Source: Phycisphaeraceae bacterium (lineage in GTDB: Bacteria; Planctomycetota; Phycisphaerae; Phycisphaerales; Phycisphaeraceae). Taken from it: a DNA stretch of 64,000 bases. Under the pieces are notes generated by a model, which searched no databases, was not told the DNA's origin, and was given only the letters and a program-made list of their open reading frames with translations. Both the position numbers and the translations under genes were made by a program. Below, piece by piece: positions 28,813 through 38,678 of the stretch. The DNA is taken from NCBI GenBank assembly GCA_963674705.1, contig OY771506.1, positions 992,001 through 1,056,000 of the forward strand, written 5' to 3'. How positions within the stretch are numbered: the first letter of the stretch is position 1; each line of letters opens with the position of its first letter.

Positions 28813-29376
28813 TCAATCTTCAAAATATTTTTTTGTCACCGGGTCCTGCCGCAGCGTGCGGATCGCGTGATGTATCCGGGATTTGACGGTTCCGACAGGG
28901 ATATCGAGCGCCAAAGCAACCTCTTCGATGCTCAACCCGTCCACGAAGCGCAATAACAACACCTCCCGCTGCTGCGCGGGCAGGCGGGCCAGTACATGCT
29001 CGATCTCGTCGCTATCCCCAGGCCCAGCCATATCGGGCGCAGGCAAGTCCGCTAAAACTTCATCTGAACCGGCAAACCGCACCGACTTCCGCCTCGCCGC
29101 CATCGCTGTGTGTTTGATCACCGGATAGAGAAACGTCGTGAGCTTCGCGACCAATACAAACCCCGGAAACTTGCTCAGCAGGTAGATGAACACCTCCTGC
29201 ATGACATCGAGCGCGGCGTCCCGGTCCTGCGTGAATCGGTAGGCGGTATTAATCACCCAATCCCGGTACCGGTAGTACAACGCCTCAAACGCCCGCGCGC
29301 CGGCCGGTCCGCCACGGTTGGCGGCATCCACCAGCTCGCTGTCAGTTCGTTGATCGCTGCCCGGTTTATGTTGCAC
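28813..29376 (-). CDS. ECF RNA polymerase sigma factor
   Basis: DSELV..AFEALYYRY, DVMQEVFI, LPAQQREVLLLRFVDGLSIEEVA..LDIPVGTVKSRIH. Confidence 0.93.
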   Translation of the reverse strand: MQHKPGSDQRTDSELVDAANRGGPAGARAFEALYYRYRDWVINTAYRFTQDRDAALDVMQEVFIYLLSKFPGFVLVAKLTTFLYPVIKHTAMAARRKSVRFAGSDEVLADLPAPDMAGPGDSDEIEHVLARLPAQQREVLLLRFVDGLSIEEVALALDIPVGTVKSRIHHAIRTLRQDPVTKKYFED

Positions 29377-29435
29377 ACGATCAGCTTACGCCGGATCACA
29401 TCACCACCACAAGCCCGGATACATCAAGATGCCGA

Positions 29436-30542
29436 CTAGCCCATCTGCCCGACCAGCTTATCCCACACCTCGTCTACCGTGATCTTCGCGATAAGGGTTG
29501 GGTCGTCGTTGTGCTTGCGGTAGTTCGCTTCATAGAGATGTGCATCCGTGGGTCGGATCACGCTCGAATCTCGGCGGTAGGGCCCGACCAGCGCCGGGTC
29601 CGTCGGGCCGAACAGCGAGACCACCGGCCGGTCAAAACCCACTGCGATATGCAACGGCGCCGAGTCATTACAAATAAGCACGCGCGATTCACTGAGTAAC
29701 GCCATCATCCGCCCGACCGTCGTTTCAGGGAACACCACGCGCTCACGCAGATCGCCGCCGGCCGCACCATCGCCCATCAATGTTTCGTACATCGCAAGCA
29801 CCTGGTTGCGCTCATCCGGTGAAGCGACCAGAACCAACTTATCCCCCGCCTTGCCCGACTCGATCAACCGACGCGCGATCTGCCCGTACCGATCGATCGG
29901 CCAGCATTTGCATCCCCATCTCGCTGTCGGCGCAATACACGCATAGCCCCCGTCACCTATGCCGTGCTCCTCTTTGAACTGCTTAAGCCAGGTTTTGTCT
30001 TCATCGCCAAGGTACAGGCGCATGTCATGAACCGCTTCAAGCCCATCGGCTTCGAGCAAACCGAGCATACGGTCTACCGTATGCAGTTTTGCATCCACAT
30101 GATGACGCACGTTGTAACCCAGCCAGCCAAGCTCCCGAGCGTTGGCAAACCCGACACGCCGTTTCGCTTTGGTCAGCTTCGTAAACAACCCGGAACGGAA
30201 CAGCCCCTGCATGTCGTACACCGCGTCGTATTTTTTCTCGCGCAACAATCTGCCGAACTGAATACCTGCTCGCGTTGCTTTTGGGCTCAGTCCGAACCCG
30301 GATAATGCCTTGCGGTCAAATTCAACAACACCATCGAGCATCGGGTGATGCTTCACCGCCGGGGCAAACACCTTGGCAACCAGCCAATCGATCTTGGCAT
30401 CCGGATAAGCCTTGCGCAGCGTCGCCAACACCGGTACCGTCCGCGACACATCCCCCAACGCCGTCGGGCGGATGATCAGCACACGCTGCGGGGCTGTTTG
30501 CCCCCCCCTCTCGGGCTGAGATGGATCAACAGAATCGACCAT
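29436..30542 (-). CDS. Glycosyltransferase family 9 (LPS heptosyltransferase-like)
   Basis: LIIRPTALGDV, DMQGLFRS, KCWP, CNDSAPLHIA, SLFGPTDP. Confidence 0.9.
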   Translation of the reverse strand: MVDSVDPSQPERGGQTAPQRVLIIRPTALGDVSRTVPVLATLRKAYPDAKIDWLVAKVFAPAVKHHPMLDGVVEFDRKALSGFGLSPKATRAGIQFGRLLREKKYDAVYDMQGLFRSGLFTKLTKAKRRVGFANARELGWLGYNVRHHVDAKLHTVDRMLGLLEADGLEAVHDMRLYLGDEDKTWLKQFKEEHGIGDGGYACIAPTARWGCKCWPIDRYGQIARRLIESGKAGDKLVLVASPDERNQVLAMYETLMGDGAAGGDLRERVVFPETTVGRMMALLSESRVLICNDSAPLHIAVGFDRPVVSLFGPTDPALVGPYRRDSSVIRPTDAHLYEANYRKHNDDPTLIAKITVDEVWDKLVGQMG

Positions 30543-30690
30543 GCGAACCTAATATAGCCACGCCAACCGAATCTGCCTGCCCACTGGCGATAAATCGCCC
30601 ACCCGCCTACACTTTGGGCTTATAAATTCGACCGCTCAGGATGAGTGTCGCAGTTTGACCAGACCCTGAATCCAAAATCACGCTCACCCC

Positions 30691-31449
30691 ATGCCGACCA
30701 CCGCTCTGATCTCCGATATCCATGGCAACCTCACCGCCCTCAAGGCAGTGATGGCCGATATCGACCGCCGCGAGATCAAGCGGATCGTCTGCCTCGGCGA
30801 CATCATCGGCTACGGCCCGAACCCCGTCGAATGCCTCGATGTCGTCATGGAACGCTGCGAATTCGCGCTGATGGGCAACCACGACTTTGCCGTGCTGTTT
30901 GAACCCACCAGCTTCAATACCAGCGCCGAGCAGGCCGCGTTCTGGACACGCAGACAGTTCGAGCTCGAGCCCGACCCGGTCAAACAGAAAAAACGCTGGG
31001 AATTCCTGGGTAATTTACTGATCCGCAATAAAGTCGACGGCGCGTTGTGGGTTCACGCCTCACCACGCCGACCGATTAACGAATACATCTTCCCCGACGA
31101 TGTGATGACAAGCCCCGGCAAGATGCAGGCCATCTTCGACCGCACAGAAGGCCGATGCTTCTGCGGCCACACCCACGTGCCAGGCGTCTTCACCGACGAA
31201 CCCGACTTCTATCCCCCCGGAGACCTTGGCGGCAAGCACACCTTCTCCGAACGCGAAAAAGTCATCGTCAATCCCGGCAGCGTCGGCCAACCCCGAGACC
31301 GCGACCCCCGCGCCAGCTACGCCATCCTCGACGACGACTGCGTCGAATTCATCCGCATTGAATATGACGTCCAGACCGTCGTCGACCAGATCACCGAAAT
31401 CTACGACCTCAACGACTTCCTCGGCCACCGCCTCCTCGAAGGCCGCTGA
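30691..31449 (+). CDS. Calcineurin-like metallophosphoesterase
   Basis: SDIHGN, LGDIIGYGP, GNHD, GHTH, NPGSVGQPRD. Confidence 0.92.
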   Translation: MPTTALISDIHGNLTALKAVMADIDRREIKRIVCLGDIIGYGPNPVECLDVVMERCEFALMGNHDFAVLFEPTSFNTSAEQAAFWTRRQFELEPDPVKQKKRWEFLGNLLIRNKVDGALWVHASPRRPINEYIFPDDVMTSPGKMQAIFDRTEGRCFCGHTHVPGVFTDEPDFYPPGDLGGKHTFSEREKVIVNPGSVGQPRDRDPRASYAILDDDCVEFIRIEYDVQTVVDQITEIYDLNDFLGHRLLEGR

Positions 31450-31451
31450 CT

Positions 31452-31476
31452 GTGAGCCGGCGTGTCCACACGCCGG
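31452..31476 (+). repeat. REP element type B
   Basis: GTGAG-CCGGCGTG-TCCA-CACGCCGG palindrome. Confidence 0.8.
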
Positions 31477-31609
31477 TGTCCCCACGATTCCATTACCCCA
31501 TTTGGCCCCCAACACAATATCCGTTACAATCCCCGATTCGCCGGTCCGACGCGGTGGGTGTCGGCGGCCCCGTACGGGATGTATCTTCAGACAGCACAGA
31601 GGTTTAAAC

Positions 31610-31876
31610 GTGGTTAAGCTACGCTTCAAGCGCTTCGGACGCACACACCATCCGGTCTATCGACTCAACGCTATCGATCAGCGCAGCCCGCGCGACGGCA
31701 GGCCCATCGAAGAACTGGGCACCTATGACCCGGCCAACAAGGACGAATCCAAACAGTTCGCCTGCAAGGAAGACCGCGTCAAGTACTGGCTGAGCGTCGG
31801 CGCCCAACCCAGCGAGACCGTCTCCGCACAGCTCATCAAGGCCGGCATCCTCGAAGCCCCCGCCAAAAAGGCGTGA
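31610..31876 (+). CDS. rpsP: 30S ribosomal protein S16
   Basis: GTG start with AGAGG RBS; MVKLRFKRFGRTHHPVYR...RSPRDGRPIEELGTYDP...YWLSVGAQPSETV. Confidence 0.97.
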   Translation: MVKLRFKRFGRTHHPVYRLNAIDQRSPRDGRPIEELGTYDPANKDESKQFACKEDRVKYWLSVGAQPSETVSAQLIKAGILEAPAKKA

Positions 31877-31883
31877 GTGTGAC

Positions 31884-31908
31884 GCGAGCCGGCGTGTCCC
31901 CACGCCGG
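31884..31908 (+). repeat. REP element type B
   Basis: GCGAG-CCGGCGTG-TCCC-CACGCCGG. Confidence 0.82.
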
Positions 31909-31933
31909 TAATCCTTGGACGCAATAAACCATT

Positions 31934-31977
31934 CACCCACGGATGCCCAACACGGCCGTCCGTGGGTGTGTTTTTTT
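31934..31977 (+). terminator. Rho-independent terminator-like hairpin
   Basis: cacccacgga...tccgtgggtg followed by a T-run. Confidence 0.6.
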
Positions 31978-31980
31978 ATA

Positions 31981-32001
31981 AGCCGCTTGCGGCTTAGCGC
32001 T
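31981..32001. repeat. Small palindromic repeat (AGCCGCTTGCGGCTTAGCG family)
   Basis: Related copies at 37567-37587 (18/21) and, inverted, at 39304-39322 inside lysS (17/19). Confidence 0.65.
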
Positions 32002-32062
32002 CAAGTACAATTGAGACCAATCAATACCCCCCCAATCGCAATCAGCTAAAGGCTAACGGCTA

Positions 32063-32818
32063 ATGGCTAATGGCTCGCCAATCCGCATCGACGTCCTCAC
32101 CCTCTTCCCCGACATGTTCATAAACGTGCTCGGTTCAAGCATCCTCAAACGCGCGGCAGAGCCCGTCACGAACCCCGCAGATCCGGGAGATGTCAGACCC
32201 CCCATCGTCAGCTACCACGTCACCGACATCCGCGACTACACCCAGAACAAACACTCCAAAGTCGACCAGCCCTCCTTCGGCGGCGGCCCCGGCATGGTCA
32301 TCCAATGCCAGCCCGTCTGGGATGCCGTCCAGGCCGTCGAAGCCCAGGACCCTCGCCCCGCCACACGCATCCTCCTGACACCCCAAGGCAAACCCCTCAC
32401 CCAACCCCTCGTCGAACAACTCGCCAAGCAACCGCGCCTCCTCATGATCGCTGGCCACTACGAAGGCATCGACGAACGCGTCATCCAGAAACTCGACCCC
32501 ATCGAAGAGATATCCATCGGCGACTACGTCCTCTCCGGCGGCGAACTCCCAGCCATGGTGTTGATCGATGCCATCGTCCGCCTGCTTCCGGGGGCGCTAG
32601 GCCACGAAGACTCCGCCCACCACGACAGCTTCTCCCCCGGTGCGCAACGCCTTTTAGATCACCCCCACTACACCCGCCCAAGAACCTGGGAAGGCATGGA
32701 TGTCCCCGAGATATTGTTAAGCGGCGATCATGCCCGCATTGAGGCCTGGCGTAAACAACAAGCATTAGAGCGCACTCTACAACGCCGCCCCGACCTATTC
32801 GACAACGATCCCGTTTAA
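32063..32818 (+). CDS. trmD: tRNA (guanine37-N1)-methyltransferase
   Basis: [48 protein letters not shown]. Confidence 0.97.
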   Translation: MANGSPIRIDVLTLFPDMFINVLGSSILKRAAEPVTNPADPGDVRPPIVSYHVTDIRDYTQNKHSKVDQPSFGGGPGMVIQCQPVWDAVQAVEAQDPRPATRILLTPQGKPLTQPLVEQLAKQPRLLMIAGHYEGIDERVIQKLDPIEEISIGDYVLSGGELPAMVLIDAIVRLLPGALGHEDSAHHDSFSPGAQRLLDHPHYTRPRTWEGMDVPEILLSGDHARIEAWRKQQALERTLQRRPDLFDNDPV

Positions 32819-32879
32819 CCGCATCGGCCACGACGCGCTCTTCTCCGCACTCACCCACTCACTGCAAGCCGCGATCACC

Positions 32880-32977
32880 GCGAGCCGTGATGTCCCCATC
32901 ACGGCATCCCCCCGATTCCCTTCCCCTACCCACCTAAATAAAACCTCACCACACCGGCGTGAGACACGCCGGCTCGC
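32880..32977. repeat. REPIN-like doublet (REP-A forward + REP-B inverted), left of RAYT
   Basis: GCGAG-CCGTGATG-TCCC-CATCACGG, spacer, CCGGCGTG-AGA-CACGCCGG-CTCGC. Confidence 0.85.
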
Positions 32978-33516
32978 GATCACCGAAAACCTCGAATACA
33001 ATCCCCCTCACGCAACTACTTCCACCGGGGCGAACCGTCTGGCACATCACCTTCGGGACCTACGGCTCAAGACTGCACGGCAGCGACGAACCCACCGTCG
33101 ACCGAAAACACAACACCCCCGGCCAACCCTTCATCTATCGCGACGATGACCGACACAACCGCGAACGATCAAACATGCGCGGCCCGGCTATTTACCTCAC
33201 ACAACCACAACGCCAGACAATCCAGAACGCCTTACCCGCACTGTGCGCCCAATGCGGCTGGACCCATCACACCAGCGCCGCCCCGCCACAGCCCGACAAC
33301 GACCACGTACACATCCTGCTCGACGCCGACCCTTCCGCTGAACCCAAGGTCATACGCAAACTCATCAAACGCCTGACCACACAAACACTCAACCAATCCT
33401 TCACCCGTCCTGTCAACACCCCGTGGTGGGCCGAAGGTGGCTCAACAAAACCCGTCAAGGACGCCGCCTACTTCAACAACGTCATCCACTACATCAACCG
33501 CCAACGCACCCCATAA
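32959..33516 (+). mobile_element. REP-associated tyrosine transposase (RAYT, Y1/HUH, IS200-like)
   Basis: WHITFGTYGSRLHG, HUH motif DHVHILL, WWAEGGS, catalytic Tyr in HYINRQ; flanked by REP doublets. Start uncertain (the GTG lies inside the REP). Confidence 0.85.
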
Positions 33517-33542
33517 TCCAATCCCTGCGAAACACGATTGCT

Positions 33543-33644
33543 GCGAGCCGTGATGTCCCCATCACGGCATCCCCCCGATTCCATTCCCCTCCCCCCACCG
33601 AATAAAACACGTCCCCACACCGGCGTGGGGACACGCCGGCTCAC
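33543..33644. repeat. REPIN-like doublet, right of RAYT (near direct repeat of 32880-32977)
   Basis: Same REP-A, near-identical spacer (atccccccgattcc...aataaaac), CCGGCGTG-GGGA-CACGCCGG-CTCAC. Confidence 0.85.
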
Positions 33645-33669
33645 ATAACGAAAAATTCGCCCACTCAAC

Positions 33670-36600
33670 TCAATGATTGTCCGCCTTGTCTTCTTCGCGA
33701 TCGCGCGCCTGCGCCCCCTTACCCAACTGCGCCAATAGCTGTTCAATTGCCTTGTGATTCTTCCGAGTCGTCTTGACAATCAGGTTCCCGTTTTCTTCGG
33801 AAATCGAACTGATGTCTCCGCCGTTCGCTTCCCACTCGTCGTAATACCCCACCGACTTACGGATTGTAGTAGCAACCTGCTCGACCTGTTGCGCCCGGCC
33901 GGGTGTGTCACGTTCAACACGCTCCGGTACCGTCCCATCAGCACGCGGTGCTAACGGCAATGGCTCTACATCCGCCTCGGCCACACGCAGCAGATGCCGG
34001 ATGTCGTATACACGTGTATCAGGATTGATCTGGTCACGCTCGGTCGAAATCGCCACGGTACCTTTCGCGAGGATAAACGCTGGTCTGTTGTAACCCTTGT
34101 ATTGCGCCTTCTCCGACATCACCTGAAACACCAAATTGAGCACCTTATCCCCGGGCATTTCCCCGGTACGCAGCGACACCGCCGTTGTCGGCTCGATCCC
34201 CGCCTCCTTCAGCCTTTCCCAGTTCACGTACACAGGCATACCCAACTTGTCGCCGATCGTTTGCACCGCATCCTCGAACGGGACGTTGTCAAAATCGACA
34301 CGTATGGGCTGACGCAGCTTCTGCCCGGACGTCCGGGCTACCTCGGCCTCAACCTCTTCCATAGTTGGCGCAGAGACCAGTTTGTTCGTGGTGGCGATGG
34401 TGACAATCCCGTCGATCACACGGAATTCAATCCGCTCTTTAGCCCCACAAGACACCTGGTGCAGGACGAGTCTCAAGGCTTCGGTAGCATCGATGTTATT
34501 GAGCTTCAATGAAACAAGCGCGTCCTGATAAACGCCCGCCTGTTTCAACGCGGCCCAGTCAACGAACAAGTTGACCTTCGTCACATTGCGAAAATAGTCC
34601 AGAATATTCGCAAGCCGGTTGCTCTCAAAGTTGATCGGGATCGGATGGTTGAGCTTGTTCAAGGCCTGCATGGTTGCTTCGCGGTCTTTATCCGCAGAAG
34701 GAATCTCAATCGGGTAGCCGACCTGCGCAGCAACAACATCTGCTTGAGTGCTGACGACCACGACACGACCACGGATGCCAAAAGTAATCGGCTCAGTGCT
34801 GCTCTCCGAGGCCAATTCCAATACACGCTCCAACACCGATCGGCCGGTCACTTCCGGACCCTCTGACAGCAACGTGATCTGAGTGTCCATAGCCACCCCC
34901 ACCGCTTTCAAGGCCCGCCAATTGACGTAGATATCCGTGCCGGTCACGTTGCGCACATAATCGATGACATTAGCTAACCGGTTTTCCTTGAAGTTCACAC
35001 GGATGACTTGATCCAAAGAAGTCTGGATGGGTTTGGTGGAAGACCGGGTAAACGGGGTCGTGTTGCCGTTAAAGGTCACTAATAAATCTTCACTGCCCAT
35101 CAATCGATATGTGAACTCAAGCGTGTCCCCCCCTTGCTTCAAGAGCAATTGGTCACCATGCAGTGTGTACCTGTAGGTCTCTGTCGGGTGGGGATCATCC
35201 GTAATCGTCGCGACGCCATTCTCCGCAAAGGTTATGACAACCGGGTCCGGGTCGCTATCAAGTGTGCTCCATTCACCGATCAGATTCATGCTTGAATCAT
35301 CATCCACACCAATCTCGCGCGTCTGTATCCCCTTGTCTAACTGCCCCAACAACCGCTTAATCTCCTCATGATTCTCCGGCGTCGTTTTGATGATTAACTT
35401 GTCTCCCACCGACGCGATAAAACTGCGGTCACCACCGTTGATCGACCATTCATTAAAGTCACCAACATTAGCCGCGATCGCCATAACGATCTGGCCAAGT
35501 ATCTCATTACGCGTCGGTCTTTGCCCCGTCGGCACATCCTTCGCACCGGGGTCGGACGCCAACAGACTCCGAAGATCGTAAACCCGGATAGCACCCGCCT
35601 CAGCCGCATCAGAATCCGCCGGGCCCTTGCCGGGAAGTTCCACCAAGAGTCGCTTAATCGCCGCATGATTCGCGGACGTTGTCTTGATGACAAGCGTATC
35701 ACCAACCTGCTGAATCGTGCTCTGGCTGCCGCCATTTACAGACCACTCTGTGTATTGACCAACCGTTTCAGCGATCGCGGACTGAATGTCATCAATCATT
35801 TTTGACCGTCTTGGACGCGCTTCAGCAGACATGCCTTCCGGATACAAACCGGATGCCAGCAGATCACGCATGTTATAAGTCTGTGTCGAAGAGCCGGCTT
35901 CCAGCTTGATATGTATATCACCTACAGCATCAGTGCCCACGCCCGGATCGTCATCCACCTCGACGTTACTCATTGGAACATTTGCGGCCTCTTCCGCCCC
36001 CGGCTCCGCCGCGTCCGTCAATCCAATCACCGCAAGCGTCGCCAGCAACATCACTCCAACTACCGTTAGCGCAGGCCGTCGCTTCGGCGACAGCGCGATC
36101 ATGCGTATCCGCCTCTTCAACTGCCCCATCCCGTCGCCGATGCCCGCAAGCGCGGGATTTGCCAGGCGCGGGCGAGTCAGTTGTTCGAGCACGCGGATGA
36201 TGGTTTGGCCGTAGGCCTGGCTCGCGTCGGTGCCTGTGGCGCGCAACACCAGTGCGTCGCGCGCCAGTTCACGGTCGGCTCGCAATCTCGCAAACGCGAA
36301 CCACACCAGCGGGTTGAACCAATGCACCGCCGCCAGCAGGATCAGCAGCCAGTTCATCGCGATGTCGTGCTTCTTCATGTGCGCCAGTTCGTGCAGGAAA
36401 ACAAAGCGCAGTTCGTGTTCGGGCATCTGATCAACAAGCGCAGCAGGGACCAGAAGCTTAGGCCGGAACATCCCCGCAAGCGCCGGGCTCGCGAGCTTCG
36501 GGATCAGCAGCAACCGAACGTTCCGATGCAGCCCCATCTCACGTTTGCAGGATTCGAGTAACGCCAGCAATCCTTCATCTGTGACCGATGCGTGACGACG

Positions 36601-37068
36601 CAGGCGCACGGCAAGCACCGCGTTAATCAACAAGAGCACGCCCAGCACCAACACCACACCCATCAGCCACACAGCCAACACGATATCTGCAGTATGCCAA
36701 TGACTGACCGGTTCATATGCCTGCCCGCCCGCTGTAGAGACGACAGGTTCCAACCCGCTCAGATCGATCGCTTCCATATTGATCGGCGCAGAAACCGGCG
36801 CGGCCGGCAATTCTGCCACAACCACCGCTTCCGCTTCTCCGCGAAATAGGTTAAATACACTCACCACGCTGCCGGGCGTCACCGGCAACATCAAACGCAA
36901 TACCACCACCGACCACAACGCGTACCGCCACCGCGCATTCAGCCATCGGCCGAACATCATCTGCACGGCAAGCACCAGCATCACCAGCACCGACGCCTGC
37001 CACGTCGCCTGCACCAGAGTCTGCATGGCCGGACCCAACCCCGAATACCAATCCTGTAACCATGCCAT
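33670..37068 (-). CDS. BlaR1/MecR1-type M56 peptidase sensor with secretin-N/STN-like periplasmic repeats
   Basis: RYALWSVVVLRL, SPALAGMFRPKLL, HELAH, HWFNPLVW, RELARD, LKRRI; C-terminal repeats YDLRxLL...EW..NGG..S.I....LIIKTT..NH..I..LL x3 and I.VNF...L.......VNW.ALK.AG x3. Confidence 0.88.
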   Translation of the reverse strand: MAWLQDWYSGLGPAMQTLVQATWQASVLVMLVLAVQMMFGRWLNARWRYALWSVVVLRLMLPVTPGSVVSVFNLFRGEAEAVVVAELPAAPVSAPINMEAIDLSGLEPVVSTAGGQAYEPVSHWHTADIVLAVWLMGVVLVLGVLLLINAVLAVRLRRHASVTDEGLLALLESCKREMGLHRNVRLLLIPKLASPALAGMFRPKLLVPAALVDQMPEHELRFVFLHELAHMKKHDIAMNWLLILLAAVHWFNPLVWFAFARLRADRELARDALVLRATGTDASQAYGQTIIRVLEQLTRPRLANPALAGIGDGMGQLKRRIRMIALSPKRRPALTVVGVMLLATLAVIGLTDAAEPGAEEAANVPMSNVEVDDDPGVGTDAVGDIHIKLEAGSSTQTYNMRDLLASGLYPEGMSAEARPRRSKMIDDIQSAIAETVGQYTEWSVNGGSQSTIQQVGDTLVIKTTSANHAAIKRLLVELPGKGPADSDAAEAGAIRVYDLRSLLASDPGAKDVPTGQRPTRNEILGQIVMAIAANVGDFNEWSINGGDRSFIASVGDKLIIKTTPENHEEIKRLLGQLDKGIQTREIGVDDDSSMNLIGEWSTLDSDPDPVVITFAENGVATITDDPHPTETYRYTLHGDQLLLKQGGDTLEFTYRLMGSEDLLVTFNGNTTPFTRSSTKPIQTSLDQVIRVNFKENRLANVIDYVRNVTGTDIYVNWRALKAVGVAMDTQITLLSEGPEVTGRSVLERVLELASESSTEPITFGIRGRVVVVSTQADVVAAQVGYPIEIPSADKDREATMQALNKLNHPIPINFESNRLANILDYFRNVTKVNLFVDWAALKQAGVYQDALVSLKLNNIDATEALRLVLHQVSCGAKERIEFRVIDGIVTIATTNKLVSAPTMEEVEAEVARTSGQKLRQPIRVDFDNVPFEDAVQTIGDKLGMPVYVNWERLKEAGIEPTTAVSLRTGEMPGDKVLNLVFQVMSEKAQYKGYNRPAFILAKGTVAISTERDQINPDTRVYDIRHLLRVAEADVEPLPLAPRADGTVPERVERDTPGRAQQVEQVATTIRKSVGYYDEWEANGGDISSISEENGNLIVKTTRKNHKAIEQLLAQLGKGAQARDREEDKADNH

Positions 37069-37460
37069 CACTCGCTCTCCTTATCTTGAAGGATCTGCTT
37101 CAGCGTCTGGATGTCGTCATTGGACAGCTTGCCCGCGTCCACAAGGTGCGCAAGCAACAGCCGCGTGTCCCCGGAAAACACACGGCTCAAAAAACTCTTA
37201 CTCGCATCCCGCAAACACGCCGACCGCGACACAGCCGGGCGATACAGGTAGCGGTTGCCTTCCTGGGTAAACGTCAGCGCTTCTTTTTGTAGCAGCCGCC
37301 CGAGCATCGTCTTGACCGTACGCGGCGACCAGTCCTGCTCATTCGCGATCCGCTCAACCACCTGCGCCGCGCTGAGCGGCGACTCCTCCCAAAGCACCTG
37401 CATCACCTGCCATTCGGCATCCGAAATCTTCGGCATCGATTCTTGCGGCTTCTTCGACAT
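37068..37460 (-). CDS. BlaI/MecI/CopY family repressor
   Basis: ISDAEWQVMQVLW, WSPRTVKTMLGRLLQK, FLSRVFSG. Confidence 0.93.
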   Translation of the reverse strand: MSKKPQESMPKISDAEWQVMQVLWEESPLSAAQVVERIANEQDWSPRTVKTMLGRLLQKEALTFTQEGNRYLYRPAVSRSACLRDASKSFLSRVFSGDTRLLLAHLVDAGKLSNDDIQTLKQILQDKESE

Positions 37461-37475
37461 GAGACCTCCCAGATT

Positions 37476-37507
37476 GATTACGTATGTAATCTACTACAAA
37501 TGTAATC
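37476..37507. promoter_or_regulatory. Tandem BlaI/CopY-type operators
   Basis: GATTACGTATGTAATC and TACA-AA-TGTA (TACAnnTGTA consensus of this family) just upstream of the repressor start. Confidence 0.8.
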
Positions 37508-38214
37508 ACACAGCAACCCCCTTCTGCATTCATCTCGTTTAGCCGCGTCGGCCACGACGCGTAACAAGCCGCTCTCGGCTAAGCGCTCTTTCTTGTGTAG
37601 CCGCAATCCCACCCTCGCGCGCACGCTCTCGTCGCATCCTCCTTATTAAGGAGACCCGTGTTTTTCAGACCCTGAACAGTCCGACCGGCGGTCACCGGAC
37701 GGTCATGGGGCAACCGCTTGGGTATGTTTCAAAAAGCACTGACCGGTGGTCCTTGGCCGGAGCGGACATAAGGCGGTCACGAGCCGGACACACGACCAAA
37801 ACAGTCAAGCAACTATGGATACAACACTTACAGAATCAAGACACAAAAACGTCATGTCCTACCCCCCAAGACCGGACACGCCACAAACGACGGTATATCA
37901 ATTGGTTAAGCACAATTACCCCCAATTAGGGAGGGAGGGGGCGGACATGGACAGGCAACGTTCGACACTCCGGGATTCAGGCACGGGACAGCGGGATCAG
38001 AAAATTAGATCTTGGGCACACAAATCCAACCTTTTCTGCTTTTCTGTTTTCCCGCTTCTCGGCGCTCCGCCGTTTTGCTCCCCCCCGACGATCCCGCTAT
38101 ACTGCTCGGCTCGACCGACACCCCGGCTCATCTCCGGGGCCATGGTGGGAACCTGTCGGAAGTCGACGTAGATACTAAAAATATGGCACCCCAGCTAGAC
38201 GGAAGGCTCACGCC

Positions 38215-38676
38215 ATGAGCGACGCGATTATGCAAGCGGTCCAAGCGGCCCAACTGAAAAACGACCTGCCCGTGATCAGCATCGGCGACACCATCGATGT
38301 GCACGTCCGCATCATCGAAGGTGCCAAAGAGCGTGTTCAGGTCTTCACCGGCGTGGTGATCAAGGCTCAGGGCTCCGGCCTGGAGCGGACCATCACCGTC
38401 CGCCGCATCGTCGCCAACGAAGGTGTTGAGCGTACTTTCCCGCTGCATTCGCCGCGTATCGCGAAGATCGAGATCAAGCGTCACGGCCACACCCGCCGCA
38501 GCAAGCTGTATTACCTGCGTGAACGCGTCGGTAAGAAGCGTCGCCTGCGTGACCGCCACCGCGGTCTGGGCTGGCTGACCGACCAGCAGGAGAAGGCCGA
38601 CGCCGCCCGCGCCGAGGTCGAAGCCAAAGAGAAAGCCGCTGAAGAGGCGGCAAAGGCCGAAGCCACGGCGGAATAA
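38215..38676 (+). CDS. rplS: 50S ribosomal protein L19
   Basis: GDTIDVHVRIIEGAKERVQVFTG, TVRRIVANEGVERTFP, RRSKLYYLR. Confidence 0.97.
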   Translation: MSDAIMQAVQAAQLKNDLPVISIGDTIDVHVRIIEGAKERVQVFTGVVIKAQGSGLERTITVRRIVANEGVERTFPLHSPRIAKIEIKRHGHTRRSKLYYLRERVGKKRRLRDRHRGLGWLTDQQEKADAARAEVEAKEKAAEEAAKAEATAE

Positions 38677-38678
38677 TC

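Noticed and set aside
31226..31609. N-terminal extension of the rpsP ORF (216 aa)
   Set aside because: Overlaps the phosphoesterase in another frame; the S16 motif starts at GTG 31610.
31876..32063. Absence of rimM between rpsP and trmD
   Set aside because: Lineage-level gene-order variation; cannot judge from one window.
37746..38171. 141-aa ORF upstream of rplS
   Set aside because: No motif, runs through repeat tracts, weak start.
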